The notes below the pieces were generated by a model. That model did not search any database. It was not told the origin of the DNA and saw only the letters and a list, made by a program, of their open reading frames with translations. A stretch of DNA of 64,000 nt from Geosiphon pyriformis uo1 (Eukaryota; Fungi; Glomeromycota). The DNA lies in assembly GCA_016748015.1 (NCBI GenBank), contig JAAOMT010000263.1, positions 176,302-240,301 on the forward strand. Reading direction: 5' to 3'. The position numbers and the translations under genes are program-made. Numbering within the stretch: position 1 is the stretch's first letter; every line of letters starts with the position of its first letter. Shown one piece after another: positions 1 to 15,806 of the stretch.

Positions 1-301
1 CTGATTTAAAGACTTGGAGATTATCATTTCTATAAATCCTTGATTCAGTTTCATATTGAAAAGGGCTTCCTTCAGCTTTGAGCACTAAATCCAAAGTAGT
101 CTTTTAATAAGATCACATTCCTTTTGTGTTTGACCTCAAGGATGTTTTTATTCATAAAAGAAAAAGCGAAGGGTTTATAATGATAAGGAATTGTAGTCAA
201 AAAACCTGGGTAAGTTTCTGAACCAATCTCAAATTAAAAGAGAACAAGATATCTTTTACTCAAATCATCTTTGAATTGCTAAACTCGAAATAATTTTTTT
301 G

Positions 302-1897
302 TTAAAATTCAGCGATAGCGTAATCGCCATACATATCGAACCAAAGGTTTTCGACAAACTCCAAGATTTTTTTGGCCTCGTCTAAAAGCTCGGTATCAAA
401 TATTGAACAATCAAATTCGAAGGCACCAAAACCAACTCGTCTAAGATTCCCTTTTTCCTTTGCGAATTTCACAATCATTCTCAAATGTTCGTTGCTGAGT
501 CCAACCTCTTCGGCAATACCGAGCTGTTGTAGTGGGGCCCGGCAAAATGCGAGAAATACACCCAGAGCTTCAATTGACATGGAAAAGTGTATGTTCAAAT
601 GAGTGATGTTGACGGGAAGGAGCCAAGCAAGTTGAAATAAAAACGGATCTGTGTCGATAATATATTGGCCATCATATCTAAGTGAAAACTGTCGTAAGCT
701 CCCGCAATTATTAAAGATCTTTTGCAGTGATCTGGCAGTTGATTTATCGACAAGGATACCAAAGCGAACCAAGTTAGGGCAATGGTCGGCGATAGTCTCG
801 AAAAGCGAAGCAGAACAATTTTGAATCATTACAACTAAATCGGTTAAATTTTCACCTGCAAGCCTAATTAATGGTGAGCAATCAGATGACGAAATAGCAT
901 CAGTATTTTCTTTGTTCAAAAAATAAAGTTTCTTTAATTTGAAGGACGCAGATAAAAGGGGAGTCCAAATTTCTGATTTCATTTTGCACTCAATGAATAC
1001 GAGGGTATCCAATTTTGAACAAATCACAAGTGCCTCAAGGGAAGCTTGACTGAGGTAACTCCATTTAAACTCCAGTCTGGTGAGAGAGTGAGCTTGACAC
1101 TGCATGGCAAAGATAAAAGATCTCGGGTCAACGGACCATGCCTCAATAATCACGCGTCTAATTTCATTTTGAACACGAATGAGACGAATAAGAGATTTTT
1201 CCATTTCTTGACTGAATCCATCAATTTTAATATATAGATAATTGATACTTTGGCAGACGTGGGCCATTGAGGCAAATGTCCGCGCAATATTGCCTTTTTC
1301 GGATTCTTTGTATTCCGCTGAATATTGGCAGATTGTGAAGCGTTCGAGATGTGACAAGCTAATTAATGCCCCTGTAAATCCAGTTATTTCTGGGATATTT
1401 ATTGTCTCTCGTGTTTTTTCAAATTCAAGACTTAATAATCTCTTTGAGCGTGACAAAATCATTTTTAATACTTGAATGAATACAATGGATCCTTTGCCAA
1501 GGCGAATTATTTTTGGTGTTTCTTTTAAAGTGCTGGAATACCATCCACGTATAGCGAGATCCAATTTTCGATAATCAAGCTCAGTGATGAATGCTGGATA
1601 ATCAAATATTGGACGTATCGGTTTCTTCTCATATGTTCTGATTTTTTCCCTGTCTAAAACCCCCCTTTCATAACGGCTTAAACATGAAATCAGCGTAGAG
1701 GCCAGTCGAGTGTCAGCTGTGTTATGGTTAAAAAAGAAAAAAGGATGACTCCATAATATTGGTACAATCCGTCTGCACCAACAACGATTGACTAACAAGC
1801 AAGAACAGAGCGAATTTCCATCATATTCAAGGTGCTTGAAAATTTCATCGAGACATTCGAGTTCTAAACGTACAATATAAGATTTTGATTTTTCCAT
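302..1897 (-). CDS. F-box domain protein with C-terminal LRR/RNI-like repeats (family expanded in Glomeromycotina), single exon, 531 aa
   Basis: Intact ORF. N-terminal LELECLDEIFKHL..SLCSCLLVNRCWCRRIVPILWSHPF is the F-box signature typical of AM fungi; repeated LxxLxL motifs follow (LSHLERFTI, LTRLEF, LKKLYF, LRQFSL). Confidence 0.85.
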   Translation of the reverse strand: MEKSKSYIVRLELECLDEIFKHLEYDGNSLCSCLLVNRCWCRRIVPILWSHPFFFFNHNTADTRLASTLISCLSRYERGVLDREKIRTYEKKPIRPIFDYPAFITELDYRKLDLAIRGWYSSTLKETPKIIRLGKGSIVFIQVLKMILSRSKRLLSLEFEKTRETINIPEITGFTGALISLSHLERFTICQYSAEYKESEKGNIARTFASMAHVCQSINYLYIKIDGFSQEMEKSLIRLIRVQNEIRRVIIEAWSVDPRSFIFAMQCQAHSLTRLEFKWSYLSQASLEALVICSKLDTLVFIECKMKSEIWTPLLSASFKLKKLYFLNKENTDAISSSDCSPLIRLAGENLTDLVVMIQNCSASLFETIADHCPNLVRFGILVDKSTARSLQKIFNNCGSLRQFSLRYDGQYIIDTDPFLFQLAWLLPVNITHLNIHFSMSIEALGVFLAFCRAPLQQLGIAEEVGLSNEHLRMIVKFAKEKGNLRRVGFGAFEFDCSIFDTELLDEAKKILEFVENLWFDMYGDYAIAEF

Positions 1898-2039
1898 TTT
1901 GGATTTCAGTTCAGATTTGCAAACTGAATTTATAAGAATAATCAGTCATATGCAAATCATCTCAAAAATCAACTCATTATATAATATCACTAAATTGACG
2001 ATCTTTGATCAACTTAAAATTTTGTGCTCATCCTAAAGA
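1898..2039. promoter_or_regulatory. Putative bidirectional promoter between the F-box gene and AFG2
   Basis: Divergent ATGs at 1897 (-) and 2040 (+), only 142 bp apart. Confidence 0.55.
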
Positions 2040-5427
<3,388 letters not shown>

Positions 5428-7689
5428 AAGCAATTGCAAAAGATGTTCTTGATCCTCAAAAAATATCAGAAAAGGCTATTTACATCTTGACTCTGAGTCC
5501 ATATTGAAATTTGCTTTCAATACTTATATGAATACAGCCTTATTTTAATGTCTGCCCAAATCTATTGAAAGCCCATAGGATAATCCATGTAGGAAACGAC
5601 ATTTTGCGTAGTTTTCATAATATACGAAATTGAGATGCAAATTGTGGAACATGTCTTTTCACTTTTAAAATGGGTCAAATCTTCTGGCATCCAAAAAAAA
5701 ACCTAGGAAGTGATAAGCTGAAAAGAGCTAGAACAATTTTTTAAAGTGTTTACAAATATGTTTAAGGAGTCAAGTTTAGCCTGAGTGCAGATTCCTGCCA
5801 AAAATCCCCTTGGTCTGCACGTTTGGCCCTAACGGATTAGGTAACAGTGCTGACCTTTAAAGGTATACTTACATCTTTAATTTTTCGCTCCAAATGACAT
5901 TAGGGTAATTTAGGTTTCATAGGTAGGCTCATATTTCTGGTAGAATTAGGGAGTTACATGAATAATTGAGATTAAGTGAATGCTTTGTTCATTAGGCAAA
6001 AGACAAAATCCTTAGTTTTATTTATTAATTGGGTTCAGTGTGTCCATAGTATTTATATATATAATGTGGCTCTTTATGGAATTATCAAGACGATGTTAAT
6101 TTTATCTTTTATCAAATGTAAAAAAGCATCCAAAGAGCCTTCATAGAAAGGGTGGTTGTAATCTCAAATGCTTGGCATATTTAGTCAAATGATCAGATAT
6201 TCATCTTGGAAAAAGAAAAGAAATAACAAGCAAAAATAATCTAGAGAAATGTCCATGAAGCCTCGGAACGAAATTTCTGATATTTCAGTCAAAAAATTTT
6301 GTACCGATTAATTATTATTAGGATTTATTTTAATTGATTAATTATTCTGAGAAAAGTTAAATCATTCAATATTAAAACTGAATTGGAAATGATTTTAATA
6401 AGAAATGTACTTCCATATGATTTACACTTTGGATTTCATATGAAAATTATTATCGTAAAAATTATGATTACAAATGCAGAATTTTAATATTACGAAATCA
6501 AACAATTTAATTTTTTTCTTAATTCCAAAGGTTCCTTGAAATTTTTAAATTTTAAAGCAATTTTTGAGTTAGTATTTTTATTTTTATTATTATTTTAATA
6601 CAATATTTTTTTGATATATTTTGAAAATAAGTTATTGAAAATGCATTAAGATTCATGTTATCTGGAAATATTTAGGTTTATTGTTTTATTAAGCAGAATA
6701 TATAAAGAGCAAGTTTTTTTATTAAATTAAGATAAAGTGATAAGAGAAATTTTCTCATTAGCCTTTCTTGGAAATTTTAAAATGAGTGGCTAATTTTTAA
6801 TTTTCACATGCAAAACCTTTAAGGGGCCGGCCATCTGAAAATCATAATACATCAACATGAGATTCAACCCAATTGTCTGTATTGACATGTGCATTAAAAA
6901 GTCCGAAATGTACTTGGAAATAAAGAATTTAAGTTTTATTATTGCTTCATTGGTTCTCTGGAAATTTTTATAGAAGACTCTAAGTACATGTATTATAATT
7001 AGTACTTATAAGTACTTTTATACAGGATCAAAGGTATTCATAGTGTTATGGGTTTGAATAACAAGCTAACGGATAGCAAAGGAAAAGGCTATTGAGGGTG
7101 ATGGAAATAATCAAAGGGGAAATTCAATCAAAGGAGCGAATTGAATTTGTAAGGATCCAATGTGCGTGATCAGTCTCAAAATCACAGTCGCTTAATCTTT
7201 TCTGGGAAATCTGAAAGTAGAGGAATAGTTCGTCAACAAGATAACACCGCTGCTATTAGTCTATGCCTCACTTGGCGATTCTTAGAATCAATAACAGGTA
7301 TCATTGTGCTTTTCAATAATTTCTTTATTCAATGAGTTACAAGAGCAAACAAACGCTTCTCAGGCTAATGCCAACAAGTAATCCTTTATCAGATACTTGA
7401 AGGTAAGGAATTGGGAAAGGGGAATAAGCGATATGGAAGGAGTATTGGATGTAAAGAAGTTGTTTTTATTACTTTGATTTCATACTTTTCTACAGCTGAG
7501 GGATTTATCGCTTATATAGCTATTTGAAGGGGTCAATGATCAGGTCAACGATCACTATCTAAAAATAGGTTGGCTAATTATATGACCTCATTGTTAATAC
7601 ATGTAATAATTAATAAAAGCTATGGTTTTTAGCCGTAAGAATAGAAAAATATAAATTATCATATTTTTGAAACTTGACATATCTTACTG

Positions 7690-9197
7690 ATGGCACCCAA
7701 ACAACTCTTTGACGCTTTATCTCAGGATTTTGGGAGATTATTCAATACCCAAAATCTCTCTGATGTTACACTTATCGTTGGCAAAACGCCTAATACTAGA
7801 ACCTTTCATGCTCATACGCAAATTTTAGCAGCAAGATCATCGTATTTTGCTTTAGCACTCTCTAAAGATTCGTTTAGAAGAAAAAATAACATCATTCTTT
7901 TGACCAAACCTAATATATCACCTAATATTTTTGAGGTAGCTCTCAGGTAATTTTGTTTTATTTACACTCTTTGAAAGTATTTTAACCAAAAGTAATTCAT
8001 TCGTTTTATCCTCTGGATAGATATATTTACAATGGCGAAATTTCTATTGACAAATTCAAAGTATCTGAAATCTTAGAATTGCTTATTGTAGCTAACGAAT
8101 TTATTCTGGAAAACCTTATTAATTACCTTGAAGACTATATAATTGAACACCATGAAAAAGAGTTGAAAGAAAATTTCGCCAATTTACATGAAATATCCTT
8201 TAAGCATGAATCATTTAAAAAGCTACAAGGGTTCTGCACAGAAGTCGCAGCTAAAAATCCAGCTATAATCTTCAAATCCCAAGATTTTACCTCCCTCAAT
8301 AAAAGCTTTCTTGTCTCGATTTTATCCCGGGATAACCTTCTTATGGAAGAATCTCAAATATGGGAAAACGTAGTGGAATGGGGAGTTGCGAAATTGGGCA
8401 AAAATATTAAGGTAGAAGAAATTCTTAACTGGACAGATGAAGATCGTAACGCCTTTAAGGAAATAATTGAAGAGCTTGTACCTTTGATCCGGTTCTTTCA
8501 CATGTCTTCAGTTGACTTCTATCACAAAGTAAAACCATTTGAGAGAATCTTGCCCGGAACTTTGTATGAAGATCTTTTGCATCATTATCTAGTACCGGGG
8601 AGTCATCAAAAGTCTGTAGACGCTCAGTCATTCCGACCAATTGGTTCAAAGCTTCTTCAATTGCATAATATAAAACAGCTCGATAATTGGATTCAAGGCA
8701 AAGACGAAAATACTCCTTTTAAAGATCAACTTGGAAATGATTTTAGTTTGTTACTACAAGGCAGTCGAGACGGATTTACTCCAGCTGATTTTCATCGATT
8801 ATGCGATAATAAAGGAGCAACGCTAACTGTTATTAAAGTGAAAGGAACCGGTCAACTAATTGGCGGGTATACCCCAGAATCTTGGCATTCTCGTGACAGT
8901 TGGATAGATGGAAAAGGGAGTTTTATTTTTTCCCTTGGAGATGGCAAAGTTGAGAATGCTAAATTTGGCAAATTTGTTAGCGGAAAGGGAACTTATGCTG
9001 GCCTCAAATATGGGCCTTATTTTGGCTCTAAGAGTATTTTAATGGAAGGTGATGATTTTCAAAATAATTATGGATGCTCTTGTCAAAAGGATTCATCTTA
9101 TGAACACGTTATAATCCCTGGTTCAGAAAATCAACGAGTACCCTTTTCTGTGGAAGATTATGAAGTCTTTCAAATCAAAAGTACCCTTTTCTGTTGA
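7690..9197 (+). CDS. BTB/POZ-BACK-TLDc domain protein, paralog 1 (2 exons)
   Basis: Exon1 7690-7946, intron 7947-8020, exon2 8021-9197. BTB: SDVTLIVG..FHAHTQILAARSSYF..KPNISPNIFEVALRYIY. BACK-like: LSRDNLLMEESQIWENVVEW..LIRFFHMSS. TLDc: LLLQGSRDGF..FHRLCDNKGATL..IGGY..YGPYFG..VEDYEVFQI. Confidence 0.9.
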
Positions 9198-9221
9198 AGA
9201 TTATGAAGTCTTTCAAATCAA
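9138..9221 (+). repeat. 43-bp tandem duplication spanning the end of BTB-TLDc paralog 1
   Basis: gtacccttttctgt(g/t)gaagattatgaagtctttcaaatcaa occurs at 9138 and again at 9181. Confidence 0.95.
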
Positions 9222-10937
9222 CAGCCTACAATTCGTAGAATAAATTTTACTCTAGAACTCGATTAAGAGTTTTCTAACAATGGAGTTATTTTTTGAATAT
9301 AATGATTCCAACAAAGCCAATGGAACTAGAAGTTCTTGTTATCACTTCTTTCTCCTTATTTTATTTTAATTCATTTAGAAATTTGGGAATATTTTTCAAT
9401 TTGGGCTTTCCAAAATTTAAAGAAAATATAATTCAAAACCTTTTGTAACATTATATTTGTTACTCTATTCGTCCAAACCTTTTTTTCATTTCGTGAAGTT
9501 CAATTTCATGAATCAAATTTAAGGATGCTTTCTAGGTAAAGCCCTTTATATAATTTATCTTAATATTCCACACGTTAGAAAAAACCTTATTTCGAAAAAT
9601 GAGATAGAATATTTCTTACACTTGTGATATTCTAGGTTTGACAATATGTACCATTCAATACTTGTCATTTCAAACGCTTATATTATCCATTAAATTTTAT
9701 TTGTGCACTTATAGTTTCCTTGAGTTTTAAGTATTGAGGCTAATTTAATGCTACCCAAACCCCCAAGACTGTAGCTTTAAAGTGCAACTTTTATTGAAAT
9801 AGTGTTTTAATAAATTTTCTATATTTCTGTATAGAATTTAAATTAAAATTCATAATTCTTATATGGTATGGTTTTTCTTTAAGTAGCCAAAGAAGTGTAT
9901 AAGTATAATTTAGAATATGCACAAATAAAACAAATCATTCAATAAGTTTATTTCAAATTTTTAACTTCTAATAATCTTAAATATTAAAAAATATCATTAC
10001 AAAACCTTAATCACCATAAATTGTATTTGAAAATTAGTGATTGGCTATTATATAAAATTTTACCACAATGTAATTGCAAGATTTTCTGCGCAACAAAAAA
10101 ATTATATAGCATTTAAATAAAAAATGTAACTATTTTCAACTAAAATTTTGCTATTTAATATTTCTTAAAAATGTAAATCAAGTTGCTAAATAATCTGATG
10201 TAATTTTTCAATAAAAAGTTTTATTTGCTTTGGGTTAAAAATAAATCCATTTGGTTCGTATCTTACAGAAATTAAGATGAAATATAATATATTTTGGATT
10301 GAAATAATTTAAAAGATTTTGGATGCAAACGATATTAGCATAAAAACGTTATAAACTATTGATTAGATGACCCAAGCCACGATACATTAGCTCTGAAGCA
10401 ATCAACTCTGATCTCTCCCTTTCAAATCTTAAAATATAACATAAAGAAAAAAGTTATATTCTAGTTTTTTGAAACAGAAGTTTTCGTCTCTTCGAGTGTG
10501 ATATTAGGGTAAATGATTAAATGGATGTTTGAATTTAATTTAGAAAGTTGATATTGGCCTAAAATATCATAACAGTTTGAAAAGCTTCTATTTTGAAATC
10601 AAATGAATTAAAATAAAGATTCAAAGTTAGGATTTCAAGTTGTATTTAGCTTTATTAGAATGCACTATATATCCGTAAAAATAAATATACTATTAAAAAA
10701 ATTGGCTGCAAAGGAATCTCCTTTATTCCAAAATTAGCGAAATAGATACCAATTCATTAAGTCTCTCAATTCTATTTTAAAGTTTCCTTTTTAAAAGTTA
10801 ATCACGTTCTTTCTTTTCATTCCTATTGTCCAGTAGCCTAGATAATAAACTATAAAAAACTCTTTTTGTGTAAATTACCTAAATAGGATGCCCCATTTGA
10901 TCTAAAGCTTATAAAGTGTAAAAAAACTATATAAAAG

Positions 10938-12423
10938 TCAATTCAAGTTTTCGATTTGAAAAACTTCATACTCCTCGACAAAAAAGTCTACGCTTTGATT
11001 TTCTGAATCAAGCATTATCGCGTGCTCATATGATGAATCCTTTCGGCAAAAGCATCCAGGACTATTTTGACAAACATCACTTCTCACTACAAAACTATAC
11101 TGACCAGATTCGGGTCTATAACGTAAGCTAGCATAAGTTCTCTTTCCGCTAACAAATTTGCTATTTTCAGCTTTGCCATCTCCAAGGGAAAAAATAAAAC
11201 TTCCTTTTCCATATAAATAGTTATTGTAAGAACGCCAAGATGCTTGGGTATACACACCAATCAGTTGACCAGTTCCTTTCACTTTGATAACACTGACTGT
11301 TGCTCCTTTATCATCGCATAATCGATGAAAATCCGCTGGATTGAATCCGTCTGGACTGCCTCGAAGTAACAAATTAAAATTATATTCAAGTTGGTTTTGG
11401 AAAGGAGTGTTTTCGTCTTTGCCCTGAATCCAGTGATCAAGCTGCTTCACATTATGCAATTGAAGAAGCTTTGAACCAATTGATCGGAATGGCTGAGTCT
11501 CAACAGACATTTGATGACTCCCCGGTACTAGATAATGATGTAAAAGATCTTTATACAAATTTCCGGGTAAAATTCTCGCAAATGGTTTTACTTTGTGATA
11601 GAAGTCAACAGAAGATATGTGAAAGAACCGGATTAAAGGTAGAAGCTCTTCAATTGATTCCTTAAAGGTGTCATAATTTTCATCTGTCCAATTAACAATT
11701 TCTTCTACCTTAATATTATTATCCAATTTAGCAGCTGCCCATCCCACAATCTTTTTCCATATTTCTATTTCTTCCATCATAAGGTCATCCCGAGATAAAA
11801 TTGAGGAAAGAAAATTCTTATTTAGGGAGGTGAAATCTTGGGACCTGAAGATTATAGTTGGACTTTTAGCTGCTATTTGGGTGCAAAATTCTTGTAGCTT
11901 TTTGAAAGAATTATGCATAAATGATGTTTCATGCAAAGAGGCAAAGTTTTCCTTTAGCTCTTTGGCATAATGTTCAATTAGGTAGTCTTCAAGGTGGTTA
12001 ATAAGATTTTCCAAAAGGAGCTCATCAGCGGCAATAAGTAATCCTAGAATTATAGGTATTCCGTATTTGTTAAGAGATATTTCACCAAGATATATGTATC
12101 TAGACAAAACAATAATCAAATGTATGAATAAAATATTAACAAATATTTTGACCGAACTAAACTCACCGAATTATCACCTCAAAAATTTGGGGTGAAATAT
12201 TAGGCTTAGAGAAGATAATGATGTTATTTTCTCTTTTAACCCAATAATTAGAGAGCGCTACAGCAAAGTACGAGGATCTTGCTGCTAAAATCAGCGAATG
12301 AACATGAAAAGTTCTGGGATTAGATCCATCGCCAACGACAATTCTAACATCAGAGGCTATTTGATTATTCAATATGCTCCCGAAATTATGAGATAAATCG
12401 TGTAAGAGTCGCTGGGACGCCAT
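10938..12423 (-). CDS. BTB/POZ-BACK-TLDc domain protein, paralog 2 (2 exons), TLDc motifs partly degenerate
   Basis: Exon1 12423-12167 (257 nt, same length and phase as paralog 1), intron 12166-12100, exon2 12099-10938. Long near-identical peptide stretches shared with paralog 1 (e.g. SSVDFYHKVKPF, DLLHHYLVPGSHQ, IGSKLLQLHN). Confidence 0.88.
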
Positions 12424-13559
12424 AAATATCTAGCTAGCACAATTCTTGGGTTTTTATGATACAATATAGCTCAGAAGCCATTATAGTGCGCCCATTTGTT
12501 TATGTTTGCCTTGTGAGTCACCAGTGGTGGATTCTTATCAGATCTAATCATAATTGATCATCATAGATAACCAGATCTCAATTAATTAAAGTTGCAGATG
12601 GTGAAAAAAAAAATTAAAATACATTTTTTAAGATATTTAAGCATATTATTATCCAGCTTTTTACATTTTCTATTAAGAAAAAATGTTTACTATTCTTAAA
12701 TACATATGAATATTATTAATTTTTTTTAATATAAAATTGTGTCATAAGCAATGAATTTAAAATAAATAAGTTTTTTTAATATTTTATGTAAAAATATCCT
12801 TTTTTCAAACAGTAATCATTTTTGCCTTTAAATTTTTTGACTAAATTGTGTTGTTCTCGGGGCAAAAATTCTTGATCAATCGGAATAGCTCATTGTGTTA
12901 ATTCTAAAAATGTAAAGATACAACACACATTAGAAATATACAAATTTTTTATGGTAAGTACAAAAAATACCGGTTGTATCAATTTGTGTTCAGATTATTT
13001 AATACTAATTGTTTTTAAACATAATATAAACAAATTTTTTGAATTTAATGTTAAATTCATGCAAGGGAGAGCCAAAGAAATTATATTAAACTTGTTATTA
13101 AAACTATCACTGATATTAAAGAAGCAGTTAGCGCTAGCGAAAACCATCTGCAAGCTTAGAATTAGATTATGCACCTAAAGAAATCTATCAATGAGCGGCA
13201 GAGTGTAACTTAATTTTAGGTTTACATTTAACTAAAATAGTAATAAGACAATGACAAGCATAGTCGGCCTTTGTGACCCTTGAGTTTCAGACGATCTCTA
13301 TCCGTTTAAGAATGTAAACGAGGGAATGAAGTAAGTGTCTATTTTCAGAACATTCTAGCATTCCAGATTTCTTTAAATTATAAATTGAAATCTTTATTTA
13401 TTAGCTACAAAAAATTTGGCCATTTTCCCAGCTAGTAAATATTCAAAAGTTGCTAACTTGGTGAAAAAACATCTTGAGAGCAATCAGAAAAAACCTGAAG
13501 ACTTTTTCAATTATTTGAATAATTAAAGTTCAAAGTGTTCGATAGACTATGTTTTCCTC

Positions 13560-14270
13560 GGCTTTTCTTTAGAACATGGAATTGGAACTATTCCTAATCT
13601 AACAAAAGCATTTCTAGAATTTCAGAAAGCAGCAAATTCCAAAGATTTTTTTGGACAATTCTTCTTGGGTCATTGTTATGAAAATGGCATTGGTACTTCA
13701 AAAGATCGAAAAAAGCATATGACCTTTTCAAAAGCAGCAGAGGTGGGTAATACAAGTGCGCAAATCAATCTTGGATGGTGCTATCGAAATGGATTAGGAA
13801 CAACGAAAAATGAGGAAAACTCTTTTCAAAAGCAGCAGAGGTGGGACATTCAAAGGCACAAAACAATCTTGGATGGTGCTATCAAAATGGAATAGGAACA
13901 ACGAAAAATGATAAAAAATCATTTGAATTCTATTCAAAAGCAGCAGAGGCGGGACATTCAAAGGCACAAAACGATCTTGCGTTTTGTTATGATAATGGAA
14001 TAGGAACAACGAAAAATAAAAAAGCATTTGAGTTTTATTCAAAAGCAGCAGAGGCAGGAGATCTAGATCCACAATACGATCTTGGATGGTGCTATCGAAT
14101 GGATTAGGAACAACAAAAAATGAGGAAAAAGCATTCGAACTCTACTCAAAAGCAGCAGAAGCGGGAAATATAAGCGCACAATACAACCTTGGATGGTGTT
14201 ATCAAAATGGATGGGGAACGATAAAAAAGGTGAAAAAAGCATTTGAGCTATATTTAAAAGCAGCAAAGGG
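13560..14270 (+). repeat. ~108-bp tandem SEL1-coding repeats
   Basis: Recurring units tcaaaagcagcaga / cttggatggtgctatc / ggaacaacgaaaaat. Confidence 0.9.
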
Positions 14271-15778
14271 AAATGACTTTATTTCTTATAGTGATTTTCT
14301 TGATTTAAATGCCCATAATTTCACTTTAAAAAATCAAGATGACTTGGAACGTTTCATTTTACAATTCTAAAATCAAGGTTTAAAATTTGCAGATAATTTT
14401 AAAGGAGAATTTTGGGAATTTGACACTTTCTTTGACCAGCTTTCAGATGAATTCAAGTGTCTTAAATGTGGCAACTTATATATTATTATAAATGGCTTCC
14501 TGATATGTTCATTTTGTGACACCGATAAAATTAATAATAATATATTTAAAGCCGGCTTGCCGAAATGTCCAGAATGTTATTGCATATTAAAAGATTCACT
14601 TTGGTGTAAAAATTGTGAATCATCACGATTTTTCAAGACTTGGGGAAGATGGATCTAATAGTTTTAATCAGTATATAGGATACACACAGCAAATTTCTGA
14701 AAGCTGCAGGGGATACCTGGGAAAGGTTTTTTTCGCCACGAAAACATATTTTTAGATAAGGTGGTGAGAGAAAGAGGATTTAGTGTTGTTAAAAAAGGTA
14801 TATGGAAGAGAGGAAAAATTTTATTTTAGAATAAGAAAAATTAAAATTATGACTGAAGTAGAGTTACGAAATTTGCTTTAAAACATCTTAAAAATAGCTA
14901 AAAGATGGAACATATCTATACAAATGAGGTATTTTCCTCTGAATGAACTTATCAAATTTTTATTATCCCGATTTCTTTTCTAACACCAAAAAACCGTATT
15001 TGTGTAGTTTATTGCGCATCTTAGAAGCGTCCCTTGTAGCTGTATCCTTGAATGTTATGGAATGACAAAAGACGTTGCAACCGATTAATTTATCATGGTT
15101 TTACCATTTGCAGAACACGGGAACCTCAGAGCTTTTCTAAAGATGAACGAGACCATTCTTACTTGGAGCATGTTTCTTCGTATTCTTCTTCAAATCGCTG
15201 GTGGCCTAAGGTTTAGACATGATTCAAATATGGTGCATGGGGACTTACATCCTTGTTTTGAAAACAAACCCTTTAAAAGTGGTTATTTCTGATCTTGGAC
15301 TCTGTCGTCTCGCTGATTACTCTTCACTTTTTGGCAAAATTTATGGTGTTCTTGAATATCTCGCACCCGAGATTTGCAGGGGGAATCCTCAAACTAAGTA
15401 CAGCGATACATATAGCTTTGCTATCATTTCCTGTGAAATTATTTCAGGAGAAAGAGCTTTGAATAATACGCATCCTATTTCACGTGCGAATTGACATAAT
15501 TGATGGAAAGCGCCCTATAATCAAAAAACATACACCTCAATGTATTGGGGAAATGATTGAAAAAAAATTGGCAATATGATCCGTATTCCCGTGATAGTTT
15601 GGAACAACTTCAACAAAGAGTTATTGCTGCTCGCGATAATTGTAACTTAAATCAAGGTATCCCTGAAAAAATACTTTATACCGAAAAGATACAAGATGCT
15701 ATCCGATATAGTACAAGATATAGAAGCCGGTTATTATGTTTAATATTAAAAGACTTGGGTCTAACACCTGTTTTAGAG

Positions 15779-15806
15779 TTGGATTTGGATTTGGATTTGG
15801 ATTTGG
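15779..15806 (+). repeat. (TTGGAT)n hexamer microsatellite at the kinase 3' end, encoding LDLDLDLD
   Basis: ttggatttggatttggatttggatttgg seen directly. Confidence 0.85.

Noticed and set aside
372-1475. Short plus-strand ORFs (372-602, 1046-1237, 1242-1475), and similar ORFs at 2033-2580, 4529-4714, 8455-8649, 11471-11665, 13794-14266
   Set aside because: Antisense shadows of real coding exons. The similarity between 8455-8649 and 11471-11665 merely mirrors the BTB-TLDc paralogy.
7050-7560. GC-richer tract upstream of BTB-TLDc paralog 1, including a GGTCAAYGATCA doublet at ~7532-7555
   Set aside because: No ORF or recognisable domain in any frame; the doublet is not shared with the paralog's promoter, so no function can be supported.
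10360-10415. C/D-box snoRNA-like arrangement (GATGA..CTGA..CTGA)
   Set aside because: C box is imperfect, there is no terminal stem, and only a short chance complementarity to rRNA.
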